DNA of 64,000 nucleotides from Octopus vulgaris (Eukaryota). Below, one piece after another: positions 1 to 13,190 of the stretch. The position numbers and the translations under genes were made by a program. The stretch lies in assembly GCA_951406725.2 (NCBI GenBank), contig OX597815.1, forward strand, positions 185,008,001 through 185,072,000, written 5' to 3'. The notes beneath the pieces are model-generated. The model was not told where the DNA came from and ran no database searches. It saw only the letters and a list, made by a program, of their open reading frames with translations. Position 1 is the first letter of the stretch. Each line of letters opens with the position of its first letter.

Positions 1-64
1 ATAATACAAAAGTTATGGATGATTTAGTGATTTACTGCAAAATCATCCATAACTTTTGTATTAT
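1..64. repeat. Inverted repeat / hairpin, 25-bp perfect arms, cut by the window edge
   Basis: 1-25 ATAATACAAAAGTTATGGATGATTT is the exact reverse complement of 40-64; 14-nt spacer. Confidence 0.9.
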
Positions 65-559
65 CCTCTCAAATTGCACCAAAATCTTAAACAATAACAA
101 TTAATATTGTATTTATTTTCTGTGAAAATTATAGAATATAAAACTACTTTGATAAAAACTTATACTACTTTTCTGACGAAAACAATACCGTTCTGAACAT
201 TTTGACCGCAACTGTACATACTGTACATACGTCGTTGAATCTTTGAATTTCTGAATTCAGTTGTCTTGTTGAAATAAAAGGTATGTTTACATATTTGGGT
301 AGTCAGGGAGAATAGAAGGATAAAAATTTCACACAAAATTTAATATATTAAAGTTGTTAAGTTTTCTTGAGATGTTCGTTTGTCTGACGAGTTGGAGAAT
401 ACAGTAGCATTTTTGCAATGAAAAGGTTGTTTACATTTTCGAATACTCAGGGAGGGAGAAAAGAAAAGGAGGGTAACATTTTCACAGAAAGCCGTAGGTA
501 GTAAAGTTTTAAGATTTACTAAATATGGTCTTTTGCGTGTCCACACAGAGAAAATTTTT

Positions 560-565
560 CTGCTG

Positions 566-617
<52 letters not shown>

Positions 618-787
618 AACTACTACAACTACGACTACTACTGCTACTACTACTGCTGCTGCTGCTACTACTACTACTACTACTACGACTACTACTGCTA
701 CTACTGCTGCTGCTACTACTACTAGTACTACTACTACTACTACTACTACAACTACGGCTACGACTACTATTGCTACTAATGCTGCTG

Positions 788-824
<37 letters not shown>

Positions 825-855
825 GACTACTACAGCTGCTACTGCTGCTACTGCA

Positions 856-890
<35 letters not shown>

Positions 891-1014
891 AACTACGGCT
901 ACGACTACTACTGCTACTACTGCTGCTGCAACTACTACTACTACTACTACTAATACTACTACTACTACTACTACAACTACGGCTACGACTACTACTGCTA
1001 CTACTGCTGCTGCA

Positions 1015-1064
<50 letters not shown>

Positions 1065-1263
1065 AACTACGGCTACGACTACTACTGCTACTACTGCTGC
1101 TGCAACTACTACTACTACTACTACTACGACTACTACAGCTGCTACTGCTGCTGCTGCTGCTACTACTACTACTACTACTACTACTACGACTACTACTGCA
1201 GCTACTGCTGCTGCTGCTGCTAATACTACTACTATTACCACTACTACTGCTGCTGCAGCTGCT
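560..1263. repeat. Compound (CTA/CTG)n trinucleotide repeat with higher-order units
   Basis: ACT/GCT/ACG triplets; block ACAACTACGGCTACGACTACTA recurs near 748, 889, 973 and 1063. It explains the poly-L, poly-V and poly-Y ORFs. Confidence 0.95.
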
Positions 1264-1320
1264 TAGTAAATTTGTGGTACGTGTTCATTTGTCATTGAAC
1301 AGAAATATATGATCGGTTAA

Positions 1321-1550
1321 GGTGGCGAGCTGGCAGAAACGCTAGCGCGCCGGACGAAATGCCTAGCGGTATTTTGTCTGCCGCTACGTTCTAAGTTCAA
1401 ATTCCACCGAGGTCGACTTTGCCTTTCATCCTTTCAGGGTCGATAAATTAAGTACAAGTTACGCACTGGGGTCGATATAATCGATGTAATCCGTTTGTCT
1501 GTCCTTGTTTGTCCTCTCTGTGTTTAGCCCCTTGTGGGTAGTAAAAAGAT
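1321..1550 (+). mobile_element. tRNA-derived SINE family A (Meta-domain-like core), full length
   Basis: A-box-like TGGCAGAAACG, B-box-like GTTCAAATTCC, core GCCTTTCATCCTTTC.GGGTCGATAAATTAAGTAC. 15-bp TSD AGAAATATATGATCG at 1301-1315 and 1551-1565. Confidence 0.9.
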
Positions 1551-1684
1551 AGAAATATATGATCGAAGCTGCTTTTCATCTATGGCCGTTGTGTGAATGT
1601 GTTTTATTTTCCAAGCCGTAGGTATGTGATTTTATGGAGGGTATTTGGTGGGTTGCTATTTCTTGCAGGCTGATCAAGTATATA

Positions 1685-1910
1685 TTTCTTTACTGCCCAC
1701 AAAGGGGTAAACACAGAGGTGACAAACAAAGACAGACAAAGGGATTAACTCGACTACATCGAGCCCAGTGCGTAACTGGTACTTATTTAATCGACCCCGA
1801 AAGGATGAAAGGCAAAGTTAACCTCGGCGGAATTTGAACTCAGAACGTAACGACAGACGAAATACCGCTAAGCATTTCGCACGGCGTGCTAACGTTTCTT
1901 CCAGCTCGCC
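1685..1910 (-). mobile_element. SINE family A, full length
   Basis: Reverse complement of the 1321 copy. 20-bp TSD GCAGGCTGATCAAGTATATA at 1665-1684 and 1911-1930. Confidence 0.9.
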
Positions 1911-2607
1911 GCAGGCTGATCAAGTATATAGAGTTACCCAGTTAGTTATGAGATGTTGTAAAGGACATCGTGTTCATGGCATTTGCTGTGGGGGCGGAAA
2001 AATGCTATGGGATTCTATCGCATGTTTTTAAGAAATCAAAAACTGGATGCATATTGTTATGAGCAGATTGAACAATGGCAGTAACAGTGGTCGGAGACAA
2101 AACAACAACAGCTGCAAAACATCAATAACAAATGCTTTGATTCAGAATGCTTTGAGAATGGAGATAAGAAATCCATTGATGTGGACATTCACTTTAAGTA
2201 TACGAAGAATGAATGCAACATGGTGTAGATAATAAAGAAAAACTATATCTGAAGGAAACGCCATTATCATGGAATTGTTTGTTTCCCCAAATAAATTATA
2301 CGTACGCCTCTAAGTATTTCTCTAGCCTCTCTGATGTGCACACACGAACACACCCATACATACAAATATAAATACATACACACACATGTATGTACTTATG
2401 GAAAGATGAATGCATGTGTGTATGCATGTTTGTATGTATACAGGGAGAGAAGAAGAAAGAGGAAGAATGAGAGAGAAGGAGCGACAGGTGTGTACATACA
2501 TATTCACATATGCGTCGGTGAACGTGTATCTTTCTTGTAGTTGTATATAGAATATATTCGTAATTGATATGATCTGAAATGAATTATGAAGATACGACCA
2601 TAGGTTC

Positions 2608-2709
<102 letters not shown>

Positions 2710-2715
2710 GTATGT

Positions 2716-2762
<47 letters not shown>

Positions 2763-2859
2763 AGATGGCTGTATGGTAAGAAGCTTATCAGAAGAAATAT
2801 GGGGTTCACAGGAAAAATATTGCTCTCCCCTGTAACGTATCTATCTATCTATCTATCTA

Positions 2860-2917
<58 letters not shown>

Positions 2918-2997
2918 AGAACAAAGAATAACATGTACACATATATATATATATATATACTATCTATATATATCTATCTATATATATATATATACAC

Positions 2998-3178
2998 ATT
3001 TCGTCTGCCGTTACGTTCTGAGTTCAAATTCCACCGAGATCGACTTTGCCTTTCATCCTTTCGCGGTCGATTAAATAATTACCAGTTACGCACTGGGATT
3101 GATATAATCGACTTAATCCGTTTGTCTGTCCTTGTTTGTCCCTTCTCTGTTTAGCCCCTTGTGCATAATAAAGAAATA
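2998..3178 (+). mobile_element. SINE family A, 5'-truncated
   Basis: Matches the family body from ATTTCGTCTGCC to AAAGAAATA. Confidence 0.85.
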
Positions 3179-3835
3179 TATATTTATACATACACACACA
3201 CACACACATTTATATACAGGCAAACACGCGCACACCTTTGCCTTTTAACAAACACAATTTAAGCTCACTTTGAAGCGTATAAATTGGTAAAATGATTTGT
3301 CTTATCTCAATGTCAGAAGAAAAGGAATTCAATCACAATAGTTTCTAGCCTTCTTAGAATATCGTTAGTGGAACAGAACATTTCAGAAATTGATATTATT
3401 TACATCCGCACTGGAATAAAGAATGGGGTGTAATAAATTAGTTTACTATTCCCGACAAGGTTAAATTGCACTTCTATTATAATTGAATATTGCATATTCC
3501 CTTATTCCTATGTAAAAATCGCTGCATAGTTCATTATTACTTAATAAATTCACATTTTCTACAGATGCAATTTTATGCAGTTCATCCGTATCAGTTTGAC
3601 TCGATTGTGCTTTGTGTACTGTAAACAACAAGAAGCTAATAAATTCTCTGGTACATAACTAAAGAATTATTCACTTGATCTACTTTTCTGTGCATAGGGA
3701 GATAAAAATATTAGTTTTCGATTGAAGGTTACATGGTGTGTGCTAAACTTTACTCCATATCTCTCATATATACATATATGTGTGTGTGTATGTATATGTA
3801 TATTTCTTCACCCATTTCCTTCCGGTCATTCAGAA

Positions 3836-4040
3836 TGTGACCGCGTGTGTACCGTTGGCGATTTTTTTTCCTCTGTCTTCCCTTCTCTGGATCTTTCCTT
3901 CTCCTATGTTTCCGACAAAGAGCTCCGCTCGAATCATTAAACCCTCCTTCTCTCCTTCTTTCCTGAGCGTCCAATAATACTATATTTGTTCCACGTCCTC
4001 GCGTTGTTGTGTTTTTTTGTGCTTTCATGTTTGGATTAAC
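3836..4040 (+). mobile_element. Short PLE pseudo-LTR-like module with degenerate hammerhead motif (second copy at 25287-25492)
   Basis: Near-identical to 25287-25492. GTTT-CCGACAA-A-GAGC-TCC-GCTC-GAATCATT-AAAC at 3908-3942. Ends in (TA)n. Confidence 0.65.
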
Positions 4041-4159
4041 TATATATATATATGTAATCGTAGCCACTTTAACATAGCTATAGTTATATATTTGTGTAAA
4101 TATATATATATATATACCGAGCATCTTTATCCCGGTATATTTATATGGCAAATATCTAT

Positions 4160-4345
4160 ACTGAAAAACCGATGTAGCCAAACCAGCGAGCGATTGAGTA
4201 ATCACTGCTGACGTGTCTAAGATTGATAGCTGAAACTAGTCTAATCCAGTGATCCTAGATTCGCTCATTGGACGGTTATCCCCCCTGTCCGTATGTGTAT
4301 ATATTGCGCCCTTCATACAATATTGAGAGCTGTAACTCTTATTTT
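4160..4345 (+). mobile_element. Short module between TA tracts with degenerate hammerhead-like motif
   Basis: ATCACTG-CTGACGT...GAAA-CTAG-TC-taatc-CAGTGAT at 4201-4253. Palindromic stem III (ACTAGT) and 7-bp stem I, with a 5-nt interruption after the GTC. Confidence 0.5.
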
Positions 4346-5274
4346 TATATATATACACAGGCATACACACATAGTTTGGTAGACAGATAGAAAAGAGGTA
4401 GAGTTTACGTAAACTACAGTTTTAAGCTTTTGGCTACGGAATTTTAACAGGAGTGAATTTATCGTGTTACTCTCCTCGCAGAAAATAATAATATTAATTT
4501 GTACTGATATATTTCACAGCTCATTGACAATCATAAGGTGACAAATATCTTATCATTCGTCTATTGGAGAAGCAAAATTTACAGCCACAGGCAATTCACA
4601 TCAAATACAAGCTAGAACTTATCTTTAACGGCTAGACTATTTTGTGTGGCTTAACTTTGATCGCGACGTCAATAAATAGTGAATAAAAATATTTAAGCAC
4701 AGCGTGCAGTCGTATTAGCAAACCGAAGGTATATCCGAAGTAGTTAAAATGTAGTGGAACTTTAAAAAGATGTTAATACGAAATGAGTAAGACGTTTTCC
4801 CATGCTTTAAGTTCAACGGTTAAAAGTATAAACATATATTTTATCGGTTTTGATTTCATTTTAACTTCTTCAAAGAGCGCAGTGTTCATAAATATTTATT
4901 TAATATTTAATAGTGCCACCGACAAAGGCAAGCTGTGTAAATTTATAGAAACGCTACAGTAAAATTCTAGTTTTGGTTTTTATATACATACATACATACA
5001 TACATACATACATACATACATACATACATACACACTTGCATGCATACATACAAACATACATGCATAAACATATATATATATATATATATGCATAAATATA
5101 TATATATATATATATATGATAAAAGATATCTAAATGAGCAGTGAAACATATTAGCACAATTTTCCTATATTTGTTATGTACGAAGAGGAAGAGGGAAAAG
5201 TATTTGTATCTATTTAAATCTCGGGCGATAAAGTAATTTTAAAAAAGAATTAAGGCTTATGATACATGTTCCAT

Positions 5275-5367
<93 letters not shown>

Positions 5368-5691
5368 TTATCTATATATATATATATATATCTGCCTATC
5401 CATTTATCTATCTATCTATCAACCCCTCTCTCTCTATGTATATATACATAAAGATCGATAGATAGATAGATAGATAGATAGATATAAATATAGCTATGAA
5501 TATAAATATATATATGCGCGTACATGTGTACTTACGAACATACAAATATTTTTAAGTCCAAGCATACTTAACTACATACTTTTATAAATATATATAGAGA
5601 GAGATGCATACATACATGCATGCATATATATGTATGTATGTATATATATACATATATATACAATTATTTATATATATATATACACACACAC

Positions 5692-5772
<81 letters not shown>

Positions 5773-6299
5773 TATATACAGAAATACTCATACACACACT
5801 ACGCACCACAAACATGCACATATAACAGCATATAAGAGGATATCTGTAAAAACGTAATGCAATAAACCTCTTAAGACAAGTTAAAAATTCAATACAGAAA
5901 ACAGATACAAAGAAAAGCCAAACACCTCTGTCTAAATCGTCGTGAAAACAGCTTCCTTTGTAGAATCAATGTAATTCATGAATCGCAATCCTTCCGCTCC
6001 GATTACATTTTGCAAATTGTGTGTTCCTCACTTGCACCTGATATTGAACACGTTTACGTAAATGGCGTTTGGCGCCAATGTTATCGCTTTTCCGGCTGTA
6101 TTCCTTCTAGTTACTATCGCTGTCAAATGTGCACCAAACCTTTCCTTAACCACTTTGAAATTTGCAATCAACCATTTGGTTATTCATAAAATGCAATGCA
6201 AAGTTTAAAGTATAAAACTAGACAATAATAAACATTACTCTTTGTGTTTTCTGTTTAATATTCGCGTTCAGTTTGAACACCTCCAAACGTTTTATTCTC

Positions 6300-8335
6300 A
6301 AACCAGTAAAATATAGGTGTAATTCTGAGGGAGTAGTTACAAACGAACGTTCAGCGTAGGACCATTTACACGGGCCATCCTTGCCACATACACCCGCCTT
6401 TCAACAAATTTATTGGTGATGGTGGTAGAGTGCGGGGAGGACTTTCCTCTCTACACTCACTCTCCTTTTCAAGTTCCACTCGAAATAGTCGATGAGGGAT
6501 TGGCCGAAGAGGAAAGTTTTTGATTGATCCAAATTGATCAGATCAGAACCCCACCTACACCAGCTTTGTTCCCTAACCTCTCTATAATGTAGCACGTGAG
6601 GTGGAGGTTGTCGTGGATAGATCTGTTCGGAATAGCGCGTCTGCGCGTTACCGACCAGCTTACCGATGACAAGCGCCAACCGCCTGTCTAAGACCTTGGT
6701 CAAAATCTTATAATCTCTGCTTAGCAGAGCTATGGGTCTAAAATTATCTATTTGGTTCCCCTTGTTCAGGTCCTTTCCCAATAGCAACACCACGCCACGG
6801 CTCACAGCACTGGGTATTCTCCCGTTCTGCTGCCATTTGAGGTAGACATCCACCAAAAGATCAGCGAACATGTTTAGCATCATATCAAATTAAAATCCCG
6901 GAGACTTCTCCCTCGTACAGCTCATCATCGGGTCTCGTATGTCTTCGGCTGTTGACGGAATTTTGCAGAAAAGCACGGCATGCCATCGAGGTAAGAGGTG
7001 AAATCCACCTACTTCCCCGATGCACTGCGAAAAGTTCGGTAAAGTTACGCTGAAATTCCGTACGTATTTGCTTGGATTCATGTAGCATACGCCCGTCCCG
7101 GCCTGTCAAAGACCGAATTGTGGCTTTTTTGCCACGTTGAACCTCTTCCCCCTGGGCCCATCGAACGGCTCTCCTCCCTTCATGTCTTAGAACACGCTCC
7201 CTAGCACGGACAACGCAACCTTCATGCGTGGGTTGAAGAATTTATCAAGAGCCAATCGCGCCGCTAGCACGTCAGTCGCGATGCCTCTCCTAAGTGCCTC
7301 TTCTAGCTTTCTAATATGCTGCCACTCTATCTTAAATTCCTCGAAGGATATTTCCTTACTAAATTTTACTGCCTTTTCTCTAATAACCCTGTGCAGGGCT
7401 ATCCACCAACGGGTGTTGGCGATTGCACCCGCCACCTTCGGATGCACTAACTCGCCAACTCGCTCACTCGCTTTCTGAATGTTTGACTCGCCGGGAAAGA
7501 TGTGTTCAGCTTCCAGTACTCGGGGCCTTGCTTTGTATCCTATGTAGGTCGGCCGAGCTGACCCCAAATTTATGGTCCATGTAGCCGAAGACGTTGAACT
7601 GTGGACAATCTTTGCTACTCCTTATCTATTGGACTACCGAATATCCTATCAAAGTACAATCTGGAAGACCCAGTGCTGTCCGCCCAAGTTCATATTGGGG
7701 CATTTGGGGAATCCAATCGGCACTTGTCAGTCAGTTGAAAATGACTGAGTGGGTAGCCGAAGCTTTGACCTCACCTATCGGCTAACCACACCCTATCCAG
7801 GTGTACCTCCAAAATGGCGTTCCAATCGCTCACTAAAAGTAAAGAGCGAGATGCCCCAAGGAAAACCTCCAAACGTCTGAAGAAATGTGGCTGGCTGCCC
7901 TGCCCCGGCTGGTGTGTACACAGCGACTAGTCTGAAAGCACCACCTTGTCAGTCAATTGAAAATGACTGAGTGGGTTTGTGACGCTTTTGCACTCCACTC
8001 TCCCATCGGCTAACCACACCCTATCCAGGTGTACCTCCAAAATGGCGTTCCAATCGCTCACTAAAAGTAAAGAGTGAGATGTCCCAAGGAAAACCTCCAA
8101 ACGTCTGAAGAAATGTGGCTGGTTGTCCTGCCCCGGCTGGTGTGTACACAGCGACTAGTCTGAAAGCACCACCTTCGCTGCTACTCTCATCCAGGATCAC
8201 CAACTTACCTTCCGTATTCAGGAAGACCGTTCGCACTTCAAGATCCTGGCCTTTCCTAAACAGCTCTACCACCCATCCCCACTTTCCAGGCTGACTAAGA
8301 GATGCGTAGATGCCAAAATAAACTTGTCAATCTAC
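6300..8335 (-). mobile_element. Degenerate L1/Tx1-like LINE ORF2 (APE endonuclease + RT), internally deleted
   Basis: APE-like KLVILD..FRLVAVYTP (8272-8021); RT N-terminal motifs NFRPIALLSRDYKILTKVL..RL and LINLDQSK.F (6883-6500); many frameshifts. Confidence 0.8.
7724..8176. repeat. About 225-bp tandem duplication inside the Tx1-like LINE
   Basis: TTGTCAGTCA.TTGAAAATGACTGAGTGGGT...CTGAAAGCACCACCTT occurs twice, head to tail. Confidence 0.9.
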
Positions 8336-8519
8336 TTCATTTTTGATAATAATATCGATAATAATAATAATAATATTGATAATAATAATAATCATAATAA
8401 CAATAATATTAATAACAATAGTAATATTAATAAAAATAATAAAAATAACAATAGTAATATTAATAATAATAATAATAAATTTATTTTTCGAACTTGTGGA
8501 AGACACACAAGATGTCGAA

Positions 8520-8653
8520 ACTGGTACTTATTTAATCGACCCTCGAAAGAATGAAAGACAAGGTCGAGCTCGGAAGAATTTGAACTCAGAACGTAGCGAC
8601 GGGCGAAATACTGCTAAGCATGTCGTCCAGCGCGCTAATGATTCTGCCAGCTC
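8520..8653 (-). mobile_element. SINE family A fragment flanked by (TAA)n
   Basis: CTGGTACTTATTTAATCGACC...TTCTGCCAGCTC. Confidence 0.8.
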
Positions 8654-8658
8654 AGGGT

Positions 8659-8701
<43 letters not shown>

Positions 8702-9159
8702 AAACCAGATAACAGGGCACTGAGATAACTACAGCAATATAATGACTAACTTGATAAGTAAGTAGTTTCTGAGAAATAATGGCTGGATAATTACTGTTTT
8801 ATCTCAAAGACATGTTTTATGAATATAAATTTGCTATCATTCTTTTAGCATTTATCTAATTTGGCTTTTGCTCTTAAGATGTCTTAAGGTTCATTAGCAT
8901 TGGTACAAGATACATTTCAGCCTAAGCTCCTTAAGTGACAAATTCGCTTGTTTTAGCAATCTCGGTGCAAATTTAATTTATACAACGATGCCGATGGAAG
9001 CCAAACGGGAGAAAATAGAATTAAGACACACCCACATAGCCACACCCACTCACCATTACGAATACACTCGAAGGAATAAATATATGTAAGCTATATATAT
9101 GCAATTAACACAAGCATGACTTATAAGGAGGATCGATTCTTATATGCCTACACACAGGC

Positions 9160-9191
<32 letters not shown>

Positions 9192-9303
9192 GTGTATATA
9201 TGTATATATGTATGTATATATGTATGTATGTATGTATTATGTATATATGTATATATGTATATATGTATATATGTATGTATATATGTATGTATATATATAT
9301 GTA

Positions 9304-9376
<73 letters not shown>

Positions 9377-9393
9377 GTATGTATATATATATG

Positions 9394-9448
<55 letters not shown>

Positions 9449-9587
9449 GTATGTATGTATGTATGTATATATATATATATGTATGTATGTATATATGTAT
9501 ATATATATATGTATGTATGTATATATATGTATGTATGTATATATATATATACATATATATATGTATATACATATATATATATATATG

Positions 9588-9638
<51 letters not shown>

Positions 9639-9640
9639 GT
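9160..9640. repeat. (TA)n/(TATG)n microsatellite, representative of many similar tracts (e.g. 2615, 5600, 10050, 15715, 25495, 30715, 44230, 49490, 53455)
   Basis: Direct inspection; source of the poly-YI and poly-MYVC ORFs. Confidence 0.97.
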
Positions 9641-10056
9641 GCATATACAGGACGAGGGAGATGGAGAGATAGAGACGCAGACAAAGACGGAGACAGAGAG
9701 ATGTAATGAAGGACGACTCGTTCAATTTCGATGTAAATCTACAGATAATAATTCAGTTGCCAGGGGGATGTGGATGTTGTTCGAATTAAAGAGATGGCGA
9801 AGAAACACACGTGCTTGCTTCTGAATTTGTAAACTCGTAATTTCAGATCGATTGCTTGTCGAGTTTCATTCCCAACAAATAGGATATACAAGCACGTGAT
9901 CAACCTAATTTTGAAAAAAGAAAAAAAAAGCAAACAAAAAAAACAAACAAAAAAAAACACTGACTTCGCAGCTACAAATATCTTCGTATAAACTTCTTAG
10001 GCAGCTGACAAATGATACATTTAATGTATACATACATACATGCATACATATATATT

Positions 10057-10174
<118 letters not shown>

Positions 10175-10199
10175 TACATATATAACTTACAAGGCTGTT

Positions 10200-10341
10200 T
10201 ATTAATGTTATATTTAGTAGAGTTCTATATTTATGAGATGAGGAATTACGGACATTATGTACATTATTTGTTTGACGGATATTTGTTCTCATCTTGTTTG
10301 TTGTTTACACAACGCCTCGGCTGATATAAACTCCAAGGCTT

Positions 10342-10345
<4 letters not shown>
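10200..10345 (-). mobile_element. Fragment of the hammerhead-bearing module also found at 58095-58490
   Basis: GAGATGAGGAATTA..ACATTAT..GACGGATATTTGT.CTCATCTTGTTTGTTG..CGGCTGATATA is shared with the 58.1-kb copy. Lies between TA tracts. Confidence 0.7.
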
Positions 10346-10403
<58 letters not shown>

Positions 10404-10610
10404 TTTTAATTTTCCTTTGATTTCTGAATTACTACTATTTATCGGTTTGAGTTTAGCTGCTCGTTTTAGTGAGTTGAATGGCCTATTAAGGCCATTCCTT
10501 AATATTATTGTTGAATGTATATTATATAGTCTCTTGACTATTTTTTCTTTCTCACTAGACCGCTGGTGGCGAAAAAAATTTCTATTGAATTTTTTGCTAC
10601 CCTTATATTG

Positions 10611-10666
<56 letters not shown>

Positions 10667-10667
10667 G

Positions 10668-10989
10668 AACACTCCGTCGGTTACGACGACGAGGGTCCCG
10701 GTTGATACGATCAACGGAACATCTTCCTCGCAAAATTAACGTTTAAGTGCCTGAACATTCCACAGACACGTGTACCCCTAACGTAGTTCTCAAGGAGATT
10801 CAGCGTGATACAGCGTGTGACAAGACCGACTCTTTGAAATACAAGTACTACTTATTTTTGCCAACTGAGTGGATTGGAGCAATGTGAAATAAAGCGTCTT
10901 GCTCAAGGACGCAACGCGTCGTCGGGAATTGAACTCATAACCTTACGATCGTGAGCTGAATGCCCTAACCACTAAGCCACGCACCTTCA
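10668..10989 (-). mobile_element. tRNA-derived SINE family C (CORE-like centre)
   Basis: Minus-strand head TGGCTTAGTGGTTAGGGC..GAGTTCAATTCCC, centre GTCCTTGAGCAAGAC, tail CGTCGTCGTAACCGACGGAGTG. Another copy at 14727. Confidence 0.85.
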
Positions 10990-10992
10990 CTA

Positions 10993-11034
<42 letters not shown>

Positions 11035-11464
11035 AGCACACACAAACATACAAACATTATGCACATACAGATACACTCACACACATACAAACGCATATAC
11101 GCACACATATACACAGACACACACACATGTAAGTATTCCTGTAGATGAATGATAGAAAATGGAATAACCAACATTCTTTATTGAAGAACACTACACTTAT
11201 TTCGACGCATATACATCCTTATATATATCCTGTGTTTGGGGCATTTCCATTGTATGATAGCTTCAAGTAACCAGTAAATGTGGACGAGCTTTGAGTAGCA
11301 TTCTACAAGATTCTTACCCAAATCTCACTTAACTATATATGAAGGTACATATGTACTTACATATATAAAAGTACAAATATATGGATTTTTATATAATTAG
11401 ATACATACGCATACACATATGTATGCATATTCTCACAGACATAAATATATATATAAAAATTCAA

Positions 11465-11495
<31 letters not shown>

Positions 11496-11790
11496 TGTGT
11501 GTGTGTGTTTCTGCGCAGGGTGACTTGTATGAACGCATGCTTATGATTTTCTTTTTGAAATTCCAATACCATGGTGGAACAGATAAATTTTAATGAAATA
11601 ACATAGAAGTTCATGTTTAGATTTTGAATGTGTCCAGTTTGGACATCTGCCTGGAATTGTATGTTTATAAGTATGCTAAACGTCTGTAGGAGGAGGTGTA
11701 AAAGGATGTGTAAGTAAAAAAAAAAAAAGAAGAAAGTAAAATTCCGAAAATGAGAGGAGATACGAGGAAGATAGATATATTAGAGATATT

Positions 11791-12869
11791 AAGGTGTAGG
11801 AATGGCTGTGTGGTAAGTAGCTTGCTTACGAGGTGGAGGTGGATGTGGTCGAGGAGGCTTCAGCCTCCTCAACTCAAAAATGATTAAAAAGGTAGAAGGC
11901 GGGCAACTTGCCCGCCGAAGGAACCTGAGGCTTCGGGAGGCGGGGGAGAGTCTCCGGGCAAAGCGGAAGAGCTCCCCTCTCCCGAAGTCAGGAAGAAAAG
12001 TAAAAAATGAAGGAAGAAGAACGGGTCATCTCAGCGGGGAGATGATGTGCCGTCTGCATGTCCCGAAGTTGTGCCACCCACGGTCAAAGAAACCACCCCC
12101 ACCCTTAAAGATGATCAATTAATTATCTTTTTCTATAAGGGCGGGGAGGTGGAAAAATAGTAGAAGAACATAAAGAGACAGTAGATATGCCCGTCACAAG
12201 GGATCTCGAATGGCCTCCGCAGATAGCTGTGGAGGTCATAAAGTTTCCCTTGTGGGAAAGGCTTAAAGGATTTGGGGAGGAGTGTCGCATATGGCCGAGT
12301 GGCCCTTACACGACTTACATGTCCTACATGAGTGAGGCATGGGAAATGACGGGATACAGGAACTCCAGCGGCATTGAAGATAATGATGAATATATTGATG
12401 GATATATCGAAGAGTAGGAGGTGAAAGACCCTCGTTATAGGGTTTGAAACCTCATCTTGTATTATTTGTAGTGGTTTATAACCTCAATTGTGTGTTTAAA
12501 AAAAGATGTTAAATAAGAGGTCTTAGTGCCTCCTTCTTCTAACAGGTTTAAAACCTCATATTGATTTTAAAAAAAAAGAACATATGTTTTCGAGAAAAAT
12601 CCAATCGGCGGGTGTTGGGTTTCGTCTCTCATTTATTCATTCTATTTCATTTTCATTCATTAATGTGTTTGTCCAGCCCGCAAAGCTAAACACTCTTTGT
12701 ACTGTCTATGATGACAAATTTTATGAAATAAAGTAGCTTGCTTACGAATGACATGGTTCCGGGTTCAGTCCCACAGCGTGGCACCTTGTCAAGTGTCTTC
12801 TACTATAGCCTCGGGGCGACCAAAGCGTTGTGAGTGGATTTGGTAGACGGAAACTGAAAGAAGCCCGTC

Positions 12870-12931
<62 letters not shown>

Positions 12932-13190
12932 GTGTGTGTGTCTGTGTGTCTGTGTGTCTGTGTCTGTGTGTTTGTGTGTGTGTCTGTGGTTGTCCCCCCA
13001 ACATCGCTTCACAACCGATTCTGGTGTGTTTACGTCACCGTAACTTAGCGGTTCGGCAAAAGAGTCCGATGGAATAAGTTCTAGGCTTACAAAGAATAAG
13101 TCATGGGGGCGATTTTCTCGCCTAAAAGGCGGTGCTCCAGCATGGCCACAGTCAAATGACTGAAACAAGTAAAAGAGAGTGAAAGAGTGT
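11791..13190 (+). mobile_element. SINE family B (tRNA head, CORE-like CCTTG.CAAGTG, internal TA/TG microsatellite), split by a 0.9-kb insert
   Basis: Head at 11791-11831, resuming at 12731; ends AAATGACTGAAACAAGTAAAAGAG. Homologous to the copies at 14002 and 37760. Confidence 0.85.
11832..12730 (+). mobile_element. Unclassified retroposed insert with decayed ORF and 17-bp TSD
   Basis: AAGTAGCTTGCTTACGA is duplicated at 11815-11831 and 12731-12747. Purine-rich, coding-like to the stop at 12417, then about 310 bp AT-rich tail. Confidence 0.75.

Noticed and set aside
330-545. Possible CR1/L2 3'-end remnant on the minus strand (GHAK... FFS... KLNNF)
   Set aside because: Too degenerate to support without a profile search.
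519-1312. Long poly-Leu and poly-Val ORFs
   Set aside because: Translations of a trinucleotide repeat with no domain content.
1935-2270. Possible RTE C-terminal remnant (RNPLMW..RRMN..W)
   Set aside because: Only a few residues match; not enough by eye.
9116-9824. ORFs of 160-226 aa rich in YI/MYVC (also at 15.7, 25.5, 30.7, 44.2, 49.4 and 53.4 kb)
   Set aside because: Stop-free frames of TA/TATG microsatellites.
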